Shown: positions 40,093 to 50,059, counted from the stretch's first letter. The stretch: DNA of 54,420 nt from Candidatus Liptonbacteria bacterium RIFCSPLOWO2_01_FULL_56_20 (GCA_001818655.1 MHLC01000026.1:1-54420); one strand, 5' to 3'. Notes: generated by a model not told the origin, from the letters alone. Translations and numbers: made by a program.

Positions 40093-41343
40093 ATGCGGCT
40101 TTGTTTCTACAACCCCCAGGTGGCGGACATCCTTGGCCTCACCCTGTTCGCGGCCCTGTTTTTCCCCGGAGAAGTGGGGAAGCGCAAGAGGCGAATGGAT
40201 TTTTTGCTGGATGTTTTGCGGGACAAAAAGTACGAGACCGCCATTGTGGTTGACGGCACGGTGAGCTCCATTCCTCTTTCCCGCCTCGGCCCTTTTTTCA
40301 GCAGCAGCCGCTTTGTCAGGTTCTTTTCGTTTTTGGAGGCGTATGCGTGGTGCGTCGTGAACAGGATAAACCCCCTGAAGCAGGCCATAATATTTTCTTT
40401 CGGGCGGCTTGATCCGAAAAACGACTTTCTCTTCGGGTTCGCCTTTTTGGGTAAGACGTTTTTAGACGAGGAGGTGGTGGAGAGAGGTTTTTTCAAAAGA
40501 TTCCGCGGCGCAAAAGCGCTGCACGTAACCCACTTTTTCGACAACACGGGGCTGATCGCGAATAACGTGAAGAAAACCGGCGCCAAAATAGCGGTTGCCG
40601 AGGTCAATCTGAAGAACTCGGGCTACTTCAACGCCTATTTTGGTTTTATTGATTCTGTGTGCCTGCTCCGGTTCGTGCTGCGGGAAAAGTACGTCAGTAA
40701 AACAGAGTTCTTTACGAGAAAGAACAAGTGCGTGGCCCTGGGAACTCTTGCGTTCTTTCCGGAAGCCAACAAATCAACCATTGACCACTTCGCGTTTTTC
40801 AGGACAGACACCCTGCACCCGATGAGGAAAGTGATTTTTGACAACCGCTCGAAGCTGCGTATAATTGACTCGTTGATCGGCTACCAGCCGAAACCCCGGG
40901 TCAAGAAGAAGGGGATCATATCGCTGTTCTTGTCCAACTTCGGCTTTGCCGGCAAGGAGTATCACGGGTTTAACATCGTTGATGTCTTCAACGAGTACCG
41001 GATGTTTATCGCTTCGGAAGAAAACATAGGCCTGCCGTCGGTGAGCGTTATCGAGGGTATGGCGTGCGGATGTGCCTACGTCGGGTTGGACGATCCAATG
41101 TACGCCGATCTGGGCATGAAAGGCGGAGTTCATTACATTCCTTATAACGGGACCATCAAGGATCTAGTCAAAAAAATCGAATACTATCAGGCACACGAAG
41201 AAGAGCTTAGGAAAATAGCCGCGGCGGGCCGCAGGTTGGTGCGGGAGCATTTTGCGAAAGACAGAGTGATACGGGACTTTTTTGAGGCACTGGAGGTGGT
41301 ACATCGGAAGCATATCTCAAGATCTTCTACGAGCGATGCATAG
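40093..41343 (+). CDS. glycosyltransferase (GT1/GT4-like C-terminal domain)
   Basis: ATG at 40093, 1 nt after the upstream stop. ENIGLPSVSVIEGMACGCAYVG and IEYYQAHEEELRKIAAAGRRLV. Confidence 0.6.
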   Translation: MRLCFYNPQVADILGLTLFAALFFPGEVGKRKRRMDFLLDVLRDKKYETAIVVDGTVSSIPLSRLGPFFSSSRFVRFFSFLEAYAWCVVNRINPLKQAIIFSFGRLDPKNDFLFGFAFLGKTFLDEEVVERGFFKRFRGAKALHVTHFFDNTGLIANNVKKTGAKIAVAEVNLKNSGYFNAYFGFIDSVCLLRFVLREKYVSKTEFFTRKNKCVALGTLAFFPEANKSTIDHFAFFRTDTLHPMRKVIFDNRSKLRIIDSLIGYQPKPRVKKKGIISLFLSNFGFAGKEYHGFNIVDVFNEYRMFIASEENIGLPSVSVIEGMACGCAYVGLDDPMYADLGMKGGVHYIPYNGTIKDLVKKIEYYQAHEEELRKIAAAGRRLVREHFAKDRVIRDFFEALEVVHRKHISRSSTSDA

Positions 41344-42583
41344 CGGTACTCCTAAGATCATAGTTTGCGAACCCGAGCGGCTCACAAAAGAGTGTCGCGT
41401 GTGCGATTCCCGCGACTTACGGTTGGCGGTAGACCTCGGTTTCCAGCCATGGTGCAATAATTTTTTAAAGAAAGAAGAAGTGGGCAAGGAGCCGTTTTAT
41501 CCTTTGCGCGTGGTGTTCTGCATGGACTGCCGGACGTCCCAGCTTGATTACGCCGTGCCTAAGGAGATCATGTTCGGCGAGCACACGTATCTCTCCGGCA
41601 TCACCAAGACCCTAAGCGACCACTTCAAAGCCGTGGCCGAAGAGGTGGATCGCGCATTTTTCAGGGACACCCCCGGCAAATCAGTCCTTGATATCGGCTC
41701 GAATGACGGCACCCAGCTCAAGCATTTCAAGAATCTCGGTTACGACGTTATGGGCGTGGATTCGGCCGAAGTTCCTGCGAGAATGGCGAATGAAGCCGGC
41801 ATCCCCACCCTGCACGCTTTTTTCAACCTGGATTCCGCGAAGAAGATGAACAGAAAGTTCCACATCGTGAACGCCGCCGGGGTGTTTTTCCACCTGGAGG
41901 AGCTGCACTCCGCGGCCGACGGCATAAAAGAGGTCTTGGCAGACGACGGCGTCTTCGTGGTGCAGTTTTTGTATATGAAGAAAATTATGCAGAACCTTGC
42001 CTTTGACCAGATCTATCACGAGCACCTGCTTTACTACAACCTAAAGAACCTGGAGACGCTTCTTAACCGTCACGAGCTATCCTTGTTTGACGCCTATCTT
42101 TCTCCCATCCACGGCGGCTCCATTATCGGCTTCGCCGCTCATAGAAACAAAAGAAAGAAAGCACCGCGGCTCTCCGTCTTGATAGGGGAAGAGGAAAAAA
42201 GCAAGAGCAACGAGTTCGCGACGTATGTGCAGTTCGCCGGGAGGATCAAGGAAATGAAGAAGAAAAACCTTGATTATCTTGGTCAGGCCAAGAAACAGGG
42301 CAAAAAGATATTCGGTTTCGGCGCGCCGGTTAAGGGCAACACGCTCTTGAATTACTTCGGGGTCGGCACCGACTACCTGAACTGCTTGGTTGAGAAGAAC
42401 GAACTGCGGCGCGGTCTCTATTCGCCGGGCATGCACATCCCGGTCGTGATCGAGAAAGAGCTTCAAGAATTGCCCGATATGTATTACGTGCTGGCGTGGA
42501 ATTTCAAGAAGGAGATCCTAGCCAACAATCAGTCCTTGATCGATCGGGGGATCGAATTTTACTTTCCGGTAAATCCGGAATAG
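41336..42583 (+). CDS. NDP-hexose C-methyltransferase-family protein (Zn-ribbon + SAM MTase + C-MT domain)
   Basis: CRVCDSRDL....DLG.QPWCNNF (Zn-binding N-terminus), VLDIGSNDGTQL, AAGVFFHLEEL, and IFGFGAPVKGNTLLNYFG...L..LVEKNELRRG.YSPG..IPV. Confidence 0.75.
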   Translation: MHSGTPKIIVCEPERLTKECRVCDSRDLRLAVDLGFQPWCNNFLKKEEVGKEPFYPLRVVFCMDCRTSQLDYAVPKEIMFGEHTYLSGITKTLSDHFKAVAEEVDRAFFRDTPGKSVLDIGSNDGTQLKHFKNLGYDVMGVDSAEVPARMANEAGIPTLHAFFNLDSAKKMNRKFHIVNAAGVFFHLEELHSAADGIKEVLADDGVFVVQFLYMKKIMQNLAFDQIYHEHLLYYNLKNLETLLNRHELSLFDAYLSPIHGGSIIGFAAHRNKRKKAPRLSVLIGEEEKSKSNEFATYVQFAGRIKEMKKKNLDYLGQAKKQGKKIFGFGAPVKGNTLLNYFGVGTDYLNCLVEKNELRRGLYSPGMHIPVVIEKELQELPDMYYVLAWNFKKEILANNQSLIDRGIEFYFPVNPE

Positions 42584-42595
42584 AATAAGCCCACT

Positions 42596-43531
42596 ATGAA
42601 AATCCTGGTGACTGGCGGGGCCGGGTACATCGGATCGGTGCTCGTGCCGGAGCTCCTGCGTTCGGGCCACGAGGTGACGGTCATAGACAATTTTATGTAC
42701 GGTCAGACCCCGCTTTTGGATGTCTGTAATTTTCCGACCCTGACCGTGGTGCGCGGCGACGCGAGAAACGAGGAACTGGCGAAGAAACATCTGGTCGGCA
42801 AGGACGTCATAATTCCCTTGGCCGCCCTGGTAGGCGCTCCGCTTTGCGATAAAGACCCGGTCGCCGCCCGAACCGTGAACCTGGAAGCGGTGGAGATGAT
42901 CCTGCGCCTGCGCTCTCCCGGCCAAAAGATACTTTTTCCCAACAGCAATAGCGGCTACGGGCGCATGGTGGAAGGAGTCGCCGCGTGCGACGAGACCACT
43001 CCTCTGGACCCGCTCTCTCTCTACGGACGGCTCAAGGTGGAAGCGGAAAAAAAGCTTCTCGCCGCCGGCGACGTGGTCGTTTTCCGCCTGGCGACCGTTT
43101 TCGGCGTGAGCCCCCGCCCGCGCCTTGACCTGCTGGTCAACGATTTCGTTCATCGGGCGGCCTACGATCGGGCAGTCATAGTTTTTGAAGGACATTTTAA
43201 GCGGAATTATATCCATGTGCGGGACGTGGCGCGTGCGTTCACGCATGCGATGGACAACTTTGAGGCGATGAAGAACCAGGCGTACAACGTGGGCTTATCC
43301 TCTGCCAACCTGAGCAAGCTGGAGCTGTGCGCGGAGATCAAAAAACAACTGCCGCACTTCGTATTTATTGAGTCGCCGATCGGCGAGGACCCGGATAAAC
43401 GCAACTATATTGTGAGCAACGAGAAGATCGAAAAAACCGGTTTCAAGCCGCAGGTCTCACTAGAGGCAGGCATCGCTGAGCTGATCAGGGGTTACCAGAT
43501 ATTGAAGCGCAGCCACTTCGCTAATATCTAG
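42596..43531 (+). CDS. NAD-dependent epimerase/dehydratase (extended SDR)
   Basis: MKILVTGGAGYIGSVLVPELL, YGRLK (YxxxK). Confidence 0.8.
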   Translation: MKILVTGGAGYIGSVLVPELLRSGHEVTVIDNFMYGQTPLLDVCNFPTLTVVRGDARNEELAKKHLVGKDVIIPLAALVGAPLCDKDPVAARTVNLEAVEMILRLRSPGQKILFPNSNSGYGRMVEGVAACDETTPLDPLSLYGRLKVEAEKKLLAAGDVVVFRLATVFGVSPRPRLDLLVNDFVHRAAYDRAVIVFEGHFKRNYIHVRDVARAFTHAMDNFEAMKNQAYNVGLSSANLSKLELCAEIKKQLPHFVFIESPIGEDPDKRNYIVSNEKIEKTGFKPQVSLEAGIAELIRGYQILKRSHFANI

Positions 43532-43552
43532 CCCGGGGTCCGAATCCCGGGC
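43531..43552 (+). terminator. GC hairpin after the SDR gene (no U-tract)
   Basis: GCCCGGG-gtccgaat-CCCGGGC. Confidence 0.35.
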
Positions 43553-43701
43553 TGGCCAGAGCCGTCCCCGTCTTGACTTCCGGTTTGTTTTGTGCCAAGG
43601 TTTTGCAGCACAGAATCTTGATAAGTTCACACTGGCTTGGCGATTTTGACCTGTCCGGCGGCACCGGACGCATGAGCGCCGCAGGGCGCAGGGAGAGGAC
43701 C

Positions 43702-44415
43702 ATGGATCAACCAGTCTTTGGAGTTTGGGAAATCTTTCCCAAACTAACGGAAGTGATCCGGTTGGCCCACGTGGAGTACGAGATGGGCGCGACCGGCCAC
43801 GACTTCGGTCAGCACACCTTTGCGGTGGCGCAGGTCGCCCTTATCATCGCCGAGAACGAGATCGTGGGCAGGATTGCGGCGGCCGCAGGGACCTGTCACA
43901 ACGCCGACCGAATGCTCCAGAAACGGCTGGGGGTCGGCAAGAGGGACATACCTGAAAAGCATGTCATCAGCCTCATTCGGGGATGGCTTGAAGAGAGCGG
44001 CGAGATCAGCGACGCAGATGAGAAGAAGATCGTCAGAGCCGTTCTTCTGCACAGCGAGCCGAACCTGGAGGATGGCGATGAGGTTCTTGTCGCCCTCCAG
44101 GACGCCGATCGGGTGGTGTGCTCGATGGCCGAGAACGTCATGACCACTGCCCAGTTCTGGACGGAGCTGCCGGCGATTGATCCGCGGTGGCTGGGGCACG
44201 ATCCCGCCGCCCACTCGTACAAGGATCCCAGGTCGGTCCTGAAGCACCTGGAGTGCCGGTACGACTGGATAGATCCCGCTTCACGAGTCTGCGTCCGTCT
44301 GCCGAAGGCGAGAGCGCTTTTGGAGCGGCGGGTCCGCTTCTTGCAGGCGTACATCGCCGAAGTCGAGGATCAACGGGCGGAGATCGGCCTCTGGCCCTAC
44401 CCTTTGGGGTCGTAG
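43702..44415 (+). CDS. HD-domain phosphohydrolase-like protein
   Basis: ATG at 43702 preceded by GGGAGAGG. GHDFGQHTF (HD), CHNADR, LLHSE and DADRV motifs. Confidence 0.6.
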   Translation: MDQPVFGVWEIFPKLTEVIRLAHVEYEMGATGHDFGQHTFAVAQVALIIAENEIVGRIAAAAGTCHNADRMLQKRLGVGKRDIPEKHVISLIRGWLEESGEISDADEKKIVRAVLLHSEPNLEDGDEVLVALQDADRVVCSMAENVMTTAQFWTELPAIDPRWLGHDPAAHSYKDPRSVLKHLECRYDWIDPASRVCVRLPKARALLERRVRFLQAYIAEVEDQRAEIGLWPYPLGS

Positions 44416-44425
44416 GAACAGATGA

Positions 44426-44464
44426 CAGCGGGTGTTGCGCGGCAGCACCCGCTGTTTCAATTTT
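44426..44464 (+). terminator. intrinsic terminator 1 after the HD-domain gene
   Basis: CAGCGGGTG-ttgcgcggcag-CACCCGCTG followed by TTTCAATTTT. Confidence 0.7.
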
Positions 44465-44466
44465 CG

Positions 44467-44495
44467 CCCGGATAATTTGCGCATCCGGGTTTTTT
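44467..44495 (+). terminator. intrinsic terminator 2 (tandem)
   Basis: CCCGGAT-aatttgcgc-ATCCGGG followed by TTTTTT. Confidence 0.7.
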
Positions 44496-44552
44496 GGATT
44501 AATATCTATAATCGCGTTTAACCGTGTTCGGACGGGGAGGATCGGGACCGCT

Positions 44553-45371
44553 ATGCGTGACGCCCAAAAAAGAAAAAATTTGATATTGGGAGCGGGCCTG
44601 CTTGGCTCGCGCCTGGCGTCTTTCCTAAAGGGAGCCGAGGAAGACGTCGTGGTGTTAGATCGGAAAGCCGGTTACGACCTTAGGCAGTCAGAGAATTATG
44701 CAGACCAGTTCAAATGGGCGGACCGAGCGTGGTTTGTGGCGTGGGATGTGGGAGTTTGGAAGCGAGAAACCGCACCGGCATACGAAGCCGAAATTTTGGA
44801 CTCCAACCTCCGGCTTTGCCGCTCGGTGTGCCGGTCTCTGGAGGCGGCGGGCACGCCCTTCCTTTTCGTGAGCTCTCAAGCAGCCATAGCTTTAGAGGTG
44901 ACGACCCTTGGCGCGACCAAGCGCGTGGGCGAACTATGGACGCGAATCCTAAACGGATATACGGCCCGCTTTTGGAATATATACGGCTGGGAGCCGGTCG
45001 GGGAGAAGAGCCACCTTATCCCGGACTTGATCTGGCAGGGCTTGCGGGGCGGAATAACACTCGCGACGAACGGCGAAGAAACGCGCCAGTTTTTATACGT
45101 GCAGGATTGCGTGGAGGCCTTGGTACATCAGTTCAATACCGGACAGAAGGTCGCCGACATCACGAGCAGCGACTGGACTTCAGTGAGGAATGTGGCAGAA
45201 CTGATCGGCAAGAAGCTCGGGGTTGAGGTCGTTCTTGGCTCAAAACCGGGTAAGCCGTCCATGGCTGCTCCGGGGATACGTTTAGAGTCCTGGCGGCCCA
45301 GGTTCTCGCTGGAAGATGGCCTGGAAGAGACCATTAAAGAAGCAAAAGCATGGCGACAAAAAAATCCTTGA
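44553..45371 (+). CDS. NAD(P)-binding Rossmann-fold epimerase/reductase-like protein
   Basis: Internal ATG at 44553. NLILGAGLLGSRLASFL and an SDR-like length. I could not see a canonical YxxxK (LGATKRVGE). Confidence 0.6.
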   Translation: MRDAQKRKNLILGAGLLGSRLASFLKGAEEDVVVLDRKAGYDLRQSENYADQFKWADRAWFVAWDVGVWKRETAPAYEAEILDSNLRLCRSVCRSLEAAGTPFLFVSSQAAIALEVTTLGATKRVGELWTRILNGYTARFWNIYGWEPVGEKSHLIPDLIWQGLRGGITLATNGEETRQFLYVQDCVEALVHQFNTGQKVADITSSDWTSVRNVAELIGKKLGVEVVLGSKPGKPSMAAPGIRLESWRPRFSLEDGLEETIKEAKAWRQKNP

Positions 45372-46315
45372 TCTCTATTCTCTGTGCGGTTCGCAATGAC
45401 GGCCGGTTCATCCGTGAGACCATGGAGACCGTAGTCGCGCAGTCCTATCCTCACTGGGAGCTGATCGTTATGGACGGCGCTTCCACGGATGAGACCCCGG
45501 AGATAGTGAAAGAATATGCGGCTCGGCATAAGAACATAATTTTCCGTTCCGAGCCCGACGAAGGTCAGTGGCACGCCCTGGATAAGGCGCTGTCTTTGGC
45601 AAGAGGTGAGTATATACTCCTGCTCTGCGGCCAGGACGGCTATTTGCATAGAGATTGGTTTAAGCATTGCGTGCAAGCGCTTAAGAGCCACCCGGCAGTA
45701 TCTCTCGTATGGGGCATCCCGTTTAATATGAGCGAGGACGGCAAGCTCTTGGGGCCGCACTATGCCTACGCGAGTTTCTTAAAAGATGAGCAATATAATT
45801 CGGGGACGAAGCCGGTAAGCACGCTTATAGCAAAGATCGACTGGCGCCGTGCGTCGGCGCTCAAACGCTTAGGGCATCTCTTTGGTAAATTGACTTGGCC
45901 GCGGCTCAGGGTTTTACTTAGTTCGTTTAGGAAGCAGGAAATACCGCAAAAAGAGGATTGGTTTTTTTACTGGCTGCGCACCGGGCGGGTTTTCCCGGAA
46001 AGCAACATGTGTGTCCGCAAAAACGTGTACGCCAAGCTTACCACCAGATTTCCCGAAGAGAAGATGACGAACGCCGCGCTTTTGGATTTTTGTTTTGACT
46101 TCAACGCCAAGGGCTTCCTCGCTTACGGCCTGCCGCTTGCGGGGAGTTTTGGCCGTTCCCATGCAGCGGGGCAAGCGCTGCGCGAGTATGATGATGTGCT
46201 CACCGCGGGTTACTACAGAAAAGTAGCGGACTTTAAGGAGAAAACGAAGGGGCAGAAGGTGCGCTTTATAGACGCATTGGGCAAGGTCGTTTCCGAGCGC
46301 GTGATACCGGCATGA
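45350..46315 (+). CDS. family 2 glycosyltransferase
   Basis: ISILCAVRNDGRFIRETMETVVAQSYPHWELIVMDGASTDETPEI. Confidence 0.75.
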   Translation: MATKKSLISILCAVRNDGRFIRETMETVVAQSYPHWELIVMDGASTDETPEIVKEYAARHKNIIFRSEPDEGQWHALDKALSLARGEYILLLCGQDGYLHRDWFKHCVQALKSHPAVSLVWGIPFNMSEDGKLLGPHYAYASFLKDEQYNSGTKPVSTLIAKIDWRRASALKRLGHLFGKLTWPRLRVLLSSFRKQEIPQKEDWFFYWLRTGRVFPESNMCVRKNVYAKLTTRFPEEKMTNAALLDFCFDFNAKGFLAYGLPLAGSFGRSHAAGQALREYDDVLTAGYYRKVADFKEKTKGQKVRFIDALGKVVSERVIPA

Positions 46316-47304
46316 TCATCAGCAGAACGCCGTTTCGCATATCGTTTTTCGGCGGCGGCACCGACTATCCTTCTTGGTACGGAAAGAACGGCGGCGCCGT
46401 GCTTTCCACAACCATTGACAAGTATTGTTATATTACCGCCAGGTACTACCCGTCATTTCACCCGACAAAACATCGCATCGTCTGGTCAAAGATAGAGCTG
46501 GTGGACAGCGGCGACGATATCGCGCATCCATCCGTGCGGGAAACCCTGAAGCACCTCCAGATCAAAGAAGGGGTCGAAATTCATAATGCCGCAGACCTTC
46601 CCGCGCGATCCGGGCTCGGTTCAAGCTCTACTTTTACCGTCGGCCTCTTGCACGCGCTTCACGCGCTCATGGATAAGCCGGTGACGAAAATGAAACTGGC
46701 GCTTGACGCGATGCATATTGAGCAGGACCTCATCAAAGAGAACGTCGGATCCCAGGATCAGCTTGCAGCCTCGTTCGGGGGCTTGAATAAATTTACGTTT
46801 GGCGGCGCGAGCGATATCGGCGTTCAGCCGATCGTGCTGCCCGACCGCAGATTAGAAGCGCTCCAGAACGACTTGATGCTCGTGTTCACCGGTTTTTCAA
46901 GGACCGCTTCGGAAATCGCGGAGGAGCAGATTAAAAACTCGCATCGAAAAGAGCGCGAGCTGCGGACGATGCACAGTATGGTCGATAAAGCGATCGATAT
47001 CTTGCGGTCGGACGGAGATCTGAACGATTTTGGGAAGCTGCTGCACGAGACGTGGATCCTCAAGCGTGGGTTGAGCGGCAAGATCAGCAATCCCCAGATC
47101 GATGATATATATGAAGCGGCGAGGAATGCCGGCGCGATCGGCGGCAAGCTGCTTGGCGCGGGAGGAGGCGGATTTATGCTGCTTTTTGTGACGCCGGAAA
47201 AGCAAGCCAGGGTCCGGGAGGCGTTGAAAAACTACACGTTTGTGCCCGTGAAGTTCGAGACAGAAGGGAGTCAGATCATTTATCGCCAAAATGGCTCAGC
47301 GTAG
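46312..47304 (+). CDS. GHMP-family sugar kinase, D-glycero-D-manno-heptose 7-phosphate kinase (HddA)-like
   Basis: MIISRTPFRISFFGGGTDYPSWY...GAVLSTTIDKY and PARSGLGSSSTFTVGLLHAL (GHMP motif 2). Confidence 0.7.
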   Translation: MIISRTPFRISFFGGGTDYPSWYGKNGGAVLSTTIDKYCYITARYYPSFHPTKHRIVWSKIELVDSGDDIAHPSVRETLKHLQIKEGVEIHNAADLPARSGLGSSSTFTVGLLHALHALMDKPVTKMKLALDAMHIEQDLIKENVGSQDQLAASFGGLNKFTFGGASDIGVQPIVLPDRRLEALQNDLMLVFTGFSRTASEIAEEQIKNSHRKERELRTMHSMVDKAIDILRSDGDLNDFGKLLHETWILKRGLSGKISNPQIDDIYEAARNAGAIGGKLLGAGGGGFMLLFVTPEKQARVREALKNYTFVPVKFETEGSQIIYRQNGSA

Positions 47305-48646
47305 CGGCGGGCCGGACAGGTGCGTGAACGCCGCACACGCGCTTTTGGTGATCGCAACGCTCAGTTTGGTTTGGCGCGCCTGGCATACGGGGAGCATTTA
47401 CATCGCCCCCATCCTGGTCCCGGAGCTTTTTATCCTTAGCGCTGGTTTCGTGCTTGCGGTCTGTGCGTGGCGTTCGTCTCTGCCGCGCGCCGGAGAGTTT
47501 GCCGCGTCTATTATAAGACAGTACTGGTTTCTGATCATTTTACTCGCGGCGCCGCTTCTCGGTCTCTTGGGAAGCTCGCTCGCCGGACTCGCGTGGGGAA
47601 TGTACTCGTTCCGTGTCGCGATCGATTATGCCTTTCTCCTCTTCGCGCTGCTCTTTTTCGTCATCGCCGCCTACATCGCTTTTGCCCGCCCGCGCACTCT
47701 CAAGGCGGTTTTCGCCGCAATTGCGATCTCGTCCGTTCCCTTCTGGCTTGCGCTCCATCGTTCGTGGCAGCCGCTTTTTCTCGTTCAAGGCAACCGGCTC
47801 CGCGGGGCGGGAAGCGACCCCAATCAGCTTGCTACGTGGATCGCCGTGGGGCTTATCGTGTCGATCGGTTTTTTTCTTTGGGAGCGCGGGAGAGTCCGGT
47901 GGTGGTGGTTCGCGGGCGGTGTTGTGAACGCGCCGCTTCTTCTCTGGACAGCTTCCCGGGCGGGGTGGTTTACGGCGGCGGTCATCCTCCTCGCCGGGGG
48001 GGTCTTCTTCCTCGCGGAGAGGTTTTCGCGCGAGAGAGTCCGTCTTTTAGGGACGGCGTTCCTCGGCATTGCGGCCTCGCTCGTCATCGGATTTTTTCTT
48101 TTCCCCATCCCATCGCGTGTAGTCATTGCGACGCGCGCGGCGAGTCCGTTCGTCAGCGACGAACAGCTTGCCCTCATCACGCGCTGGGTCGCGGGAGGAA
48201 CAGAGGCTGTCCCTACGTTTGAGATCCCATCTGACAATCGGACGCGGCTTCTACAAGAAGGAACGACGATGCTTCTCCGTTCGCCTCTCGGTTTCGGGCC
48301 CGCGTACTACCTTTGGAATCCAGTCGCCGTTACGGGGAGTGAGTACCGGCTGGGGGTCCATAACGCATGGCTTGATATCGGGCTTACCGCGGGCTGGCTC
48401 GGACTCGGCGCGTGGGCGTTCTTCATGGTTGTGGTGGGGCGCGGGGCCGTGCGTCTTGCGCGGCGTGGGGAGCCTCAATTCCTCGCGCTCGCGGCCTCTT
48501 TTTTCGCCCTCCTGCTGTTCGGGTTTTTCCTGGGCATGTTTACCGTGCGCTGGTTTTGGCTTATTATGGGGCTAGTTGCGGCGTATTCAATGTTGGACGG
48601 TCGGGGCGAGCTTGCGCCCGCACATGAAAAGCAAAAAGAATCGTAA
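47291..48646 (+). CDS. O-antigen ligase / polymerase-like membrane protein
   Basis: 451 aa, polytopic, WTASRAGWFTAAVILLAGG (Wzy_C-like). Confidence 0.65.
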   Translation: MAQRSGGPDRCVNAAHALLVIATLSLVWRAWHTGSIYIAPILVPELFILSAGFVLAVCAWRSSLPRAGEFAASIIRQYWFLIILLAAPLLGLLGSSLAGLAWGMYSFRVAIDYAFLLFALLFFVIAAYIAFARPRTLKAVFAAIAISSVPFWLALHRSWQPLFLVQGNRLRGAGSDPNQLATWIAVGLIVSIGFFLWERGRVRWWWFAGGVVNAPLLLWTASRAGWFTAAVILLAGGVFFLAERFSRERVRLLGTAFLGIAASLVIGFFLFPIPSRVVIATRAASPFVSDEQLALITRWVAGGTEAVPTFEIPSDNRTRLLQEGTTMLLRSPLGFGPAYYLWNPVAVTGSEYRLGVHNAWLDIGLTAGWLGLGAWAFFMVVVGRGAVRLARRGEPQFLALAASFFALLLFGFFLGMFTVRWFWLIMGLVAAYSMLDGRGELAPAHEKQKES

Positions 48647-49199
48647 AGCGGTTTTTCTGGATCGCGACGGGGTCGTTATTCGGGAGGTGGACCACCTCAG
48701 CCGTCCGAGCCAGCTGCGGTTCCTGCCCGGCGCGGCGGCGGCTCTGCGCAAACTGAATCGGGCCGGCTTCGCAGTCATAGTCGTCACCAATCAAGCGGCC
48801 ATCGCCAAGGGTTTGCTGACCGAGGACAAACTTCGCCGCATACACGATTTTTTTCTTGATCGTCTGGCGAAGAAGGGCGGGCGGGTGGATGCCGTCTATT
48901 ACTGCCCCCATCACCCGGAGGGCAAAATAGCGGAATACAAAAAGAAGTGTTTTTGCAGGAAGCCGCAGCCGGGCATGCTTCTGCGCGCCGTGCGCGAACT
49001 TGGACTGAAGAGTCGCGGCAGTTTCATGATAGGAGATACAACAGGGGATATTCTGGCCGGCAGCCGAGCGGGCCTCACGACCATTCTTGTCGAAACCGGC
49101 CATAAGGGAAAAGACGGGAAATACGCTGCGCAGCCGGATATTACGGTGAAAAATTTGAGCGAGGCCGTTCGCGTCATCCGGAGCGGGCTTAAGGCCTAA
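48624..49199 (+). CDS. gmhB: D-glycero-D-manno-heptose 1,7-bisphosphate phosphatase (HAD)
   Basis: Internal ATG at 48624. AVFLDRDGVV, VVTNQ, YYCPHHPEG....CFCRKPQPGML, MIGDTTGDILAG. Confidence 0.8.
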   Translation: MKSKKNRKAVFLDRDGVVIREVDHLSRPSQLRFLPGAAAALRKLNRAGFAVIVVTNQAAIAKGLLTEDKLRRIHDFFLDRLAKKGGRVDAVYYCPHHPEGKIAEYKKKCFCRKPQPGMLLRAVRELGLKSRGSFMIGDTTGDILAGSRAGLTTILVETGHKGKDGKYAAQPDITVKNLSEAVRVIRSGLKA

Positions 49200-49204
49200 C
49201 GCAT

Positions 49205-50059
49205 ATGCGAGATCACTCTACGTATTCTCTAAAAGCGCTTGTCAAAAAAGTTCCCGGAGTTGCGGCGGCGTACCGGTATATGCGGGACTACCGGCTTCTC
49301 CGCGCCGAGCCCCGGCCCACGCCTTTCGGTTTCAAGATCGTCGGCAGCAAAGCCATGCAGGATGGCAACTACGAAGTTACGGACACGGAAGTTTTCCGCA
49401 AGTTCGCCGCAGGCAGCGATGTGGTAGTGAATGCCGGCGCGCACATCGGCTATTACTGTTTACACGCCTTGGCGCTGGGGAAGCGCGTCGTTGCTTTTGA
49501 GCCCATGCCGGCGAACAGCGCCGTGCTTTGCAAAAACGTTTTCCTGAACGGCTGGGGGAACAGGGCGGAGGTTTTTAAGCTGGCGCTCGGGGAAGCTGTC
49601 GGGATAGAGCCCATGTATGGGCGGGGAAGCGGATCGTCTCTTATCAGGGGATGGGCGGGATTTTCCTCCAAGTTGCCGACCCTTGTTCCGGTCTCCACGC
49701 TTGACGCGGTACTGGGCGACAGGTTTAAAGGGCAGAAGGTGCTCGTGCTTGTGGACGTCGAAGGAGGTGAGCACGAGCTTTTGCTGGGAGCGAAGAAACT
49801 GCTGGACGCTGACCCCAGGCCGATATGGATGGTAGAGATAGCCCTCTTTGAGCATCAGCCGAAAGAGCGCGGAAGAAACCGCAATTTTCTTCGCACCTTT
49901 GAGTTGTTTTGGGAACGCGGCTACGGGGCGTACGGAATAGTCGGCAAGGAAGTGAGATCGTTCAGCCGAAAAGAGATAACCGCGGACCCGGGCGCAGTCA
50001 AGAACAATCTTTCTTCTTCTAATTTCATTTTTATTCATGCCTCAGCGGACGCCGTGTAA
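49205..50059 (+). CDS. FkbM-family methyltransferase
   Basis: VVVNAGAHIGYYCL....GKRVVAFEPMPANSAVLCKNVFLNGW. Confidence 0.7.
   Translation: MRDHSTYSLKALVKKVPGVAAAYRYMRDYRLLRAEPRPTPFGFKIVGSKAMQDGNYEVTDTEVFRKFAAGSDVVVNAGAHIGYYCLHALALGKRVVAFEPMPANSAVLCKNVFLNGWGNRAEVFKLALGEAVGIEPMYGRGSGSSLIRGWAGFSSKLPTLVPVSTLDAVLGDRFKGQKVLVLVDVEGGEHELLLGAKKLLDADPRPIWMVEIALFEHQPKERGRNRNFLRTFELFWERGYGAYGIVGKEVRSFSRKEITADPGAVKNNLSSSNFIFIHASADAV

Noticed and set aside
43531-43552. Hairpin GCCCGGG-gtccgaat-CCCGGGC as a tRNA 3' fragment or att site
   Set aside because: It has an 8-nt loop, no adjoining acceptor-stem complement, and no second copy in the window. A simple hairpin is the more likely reading.
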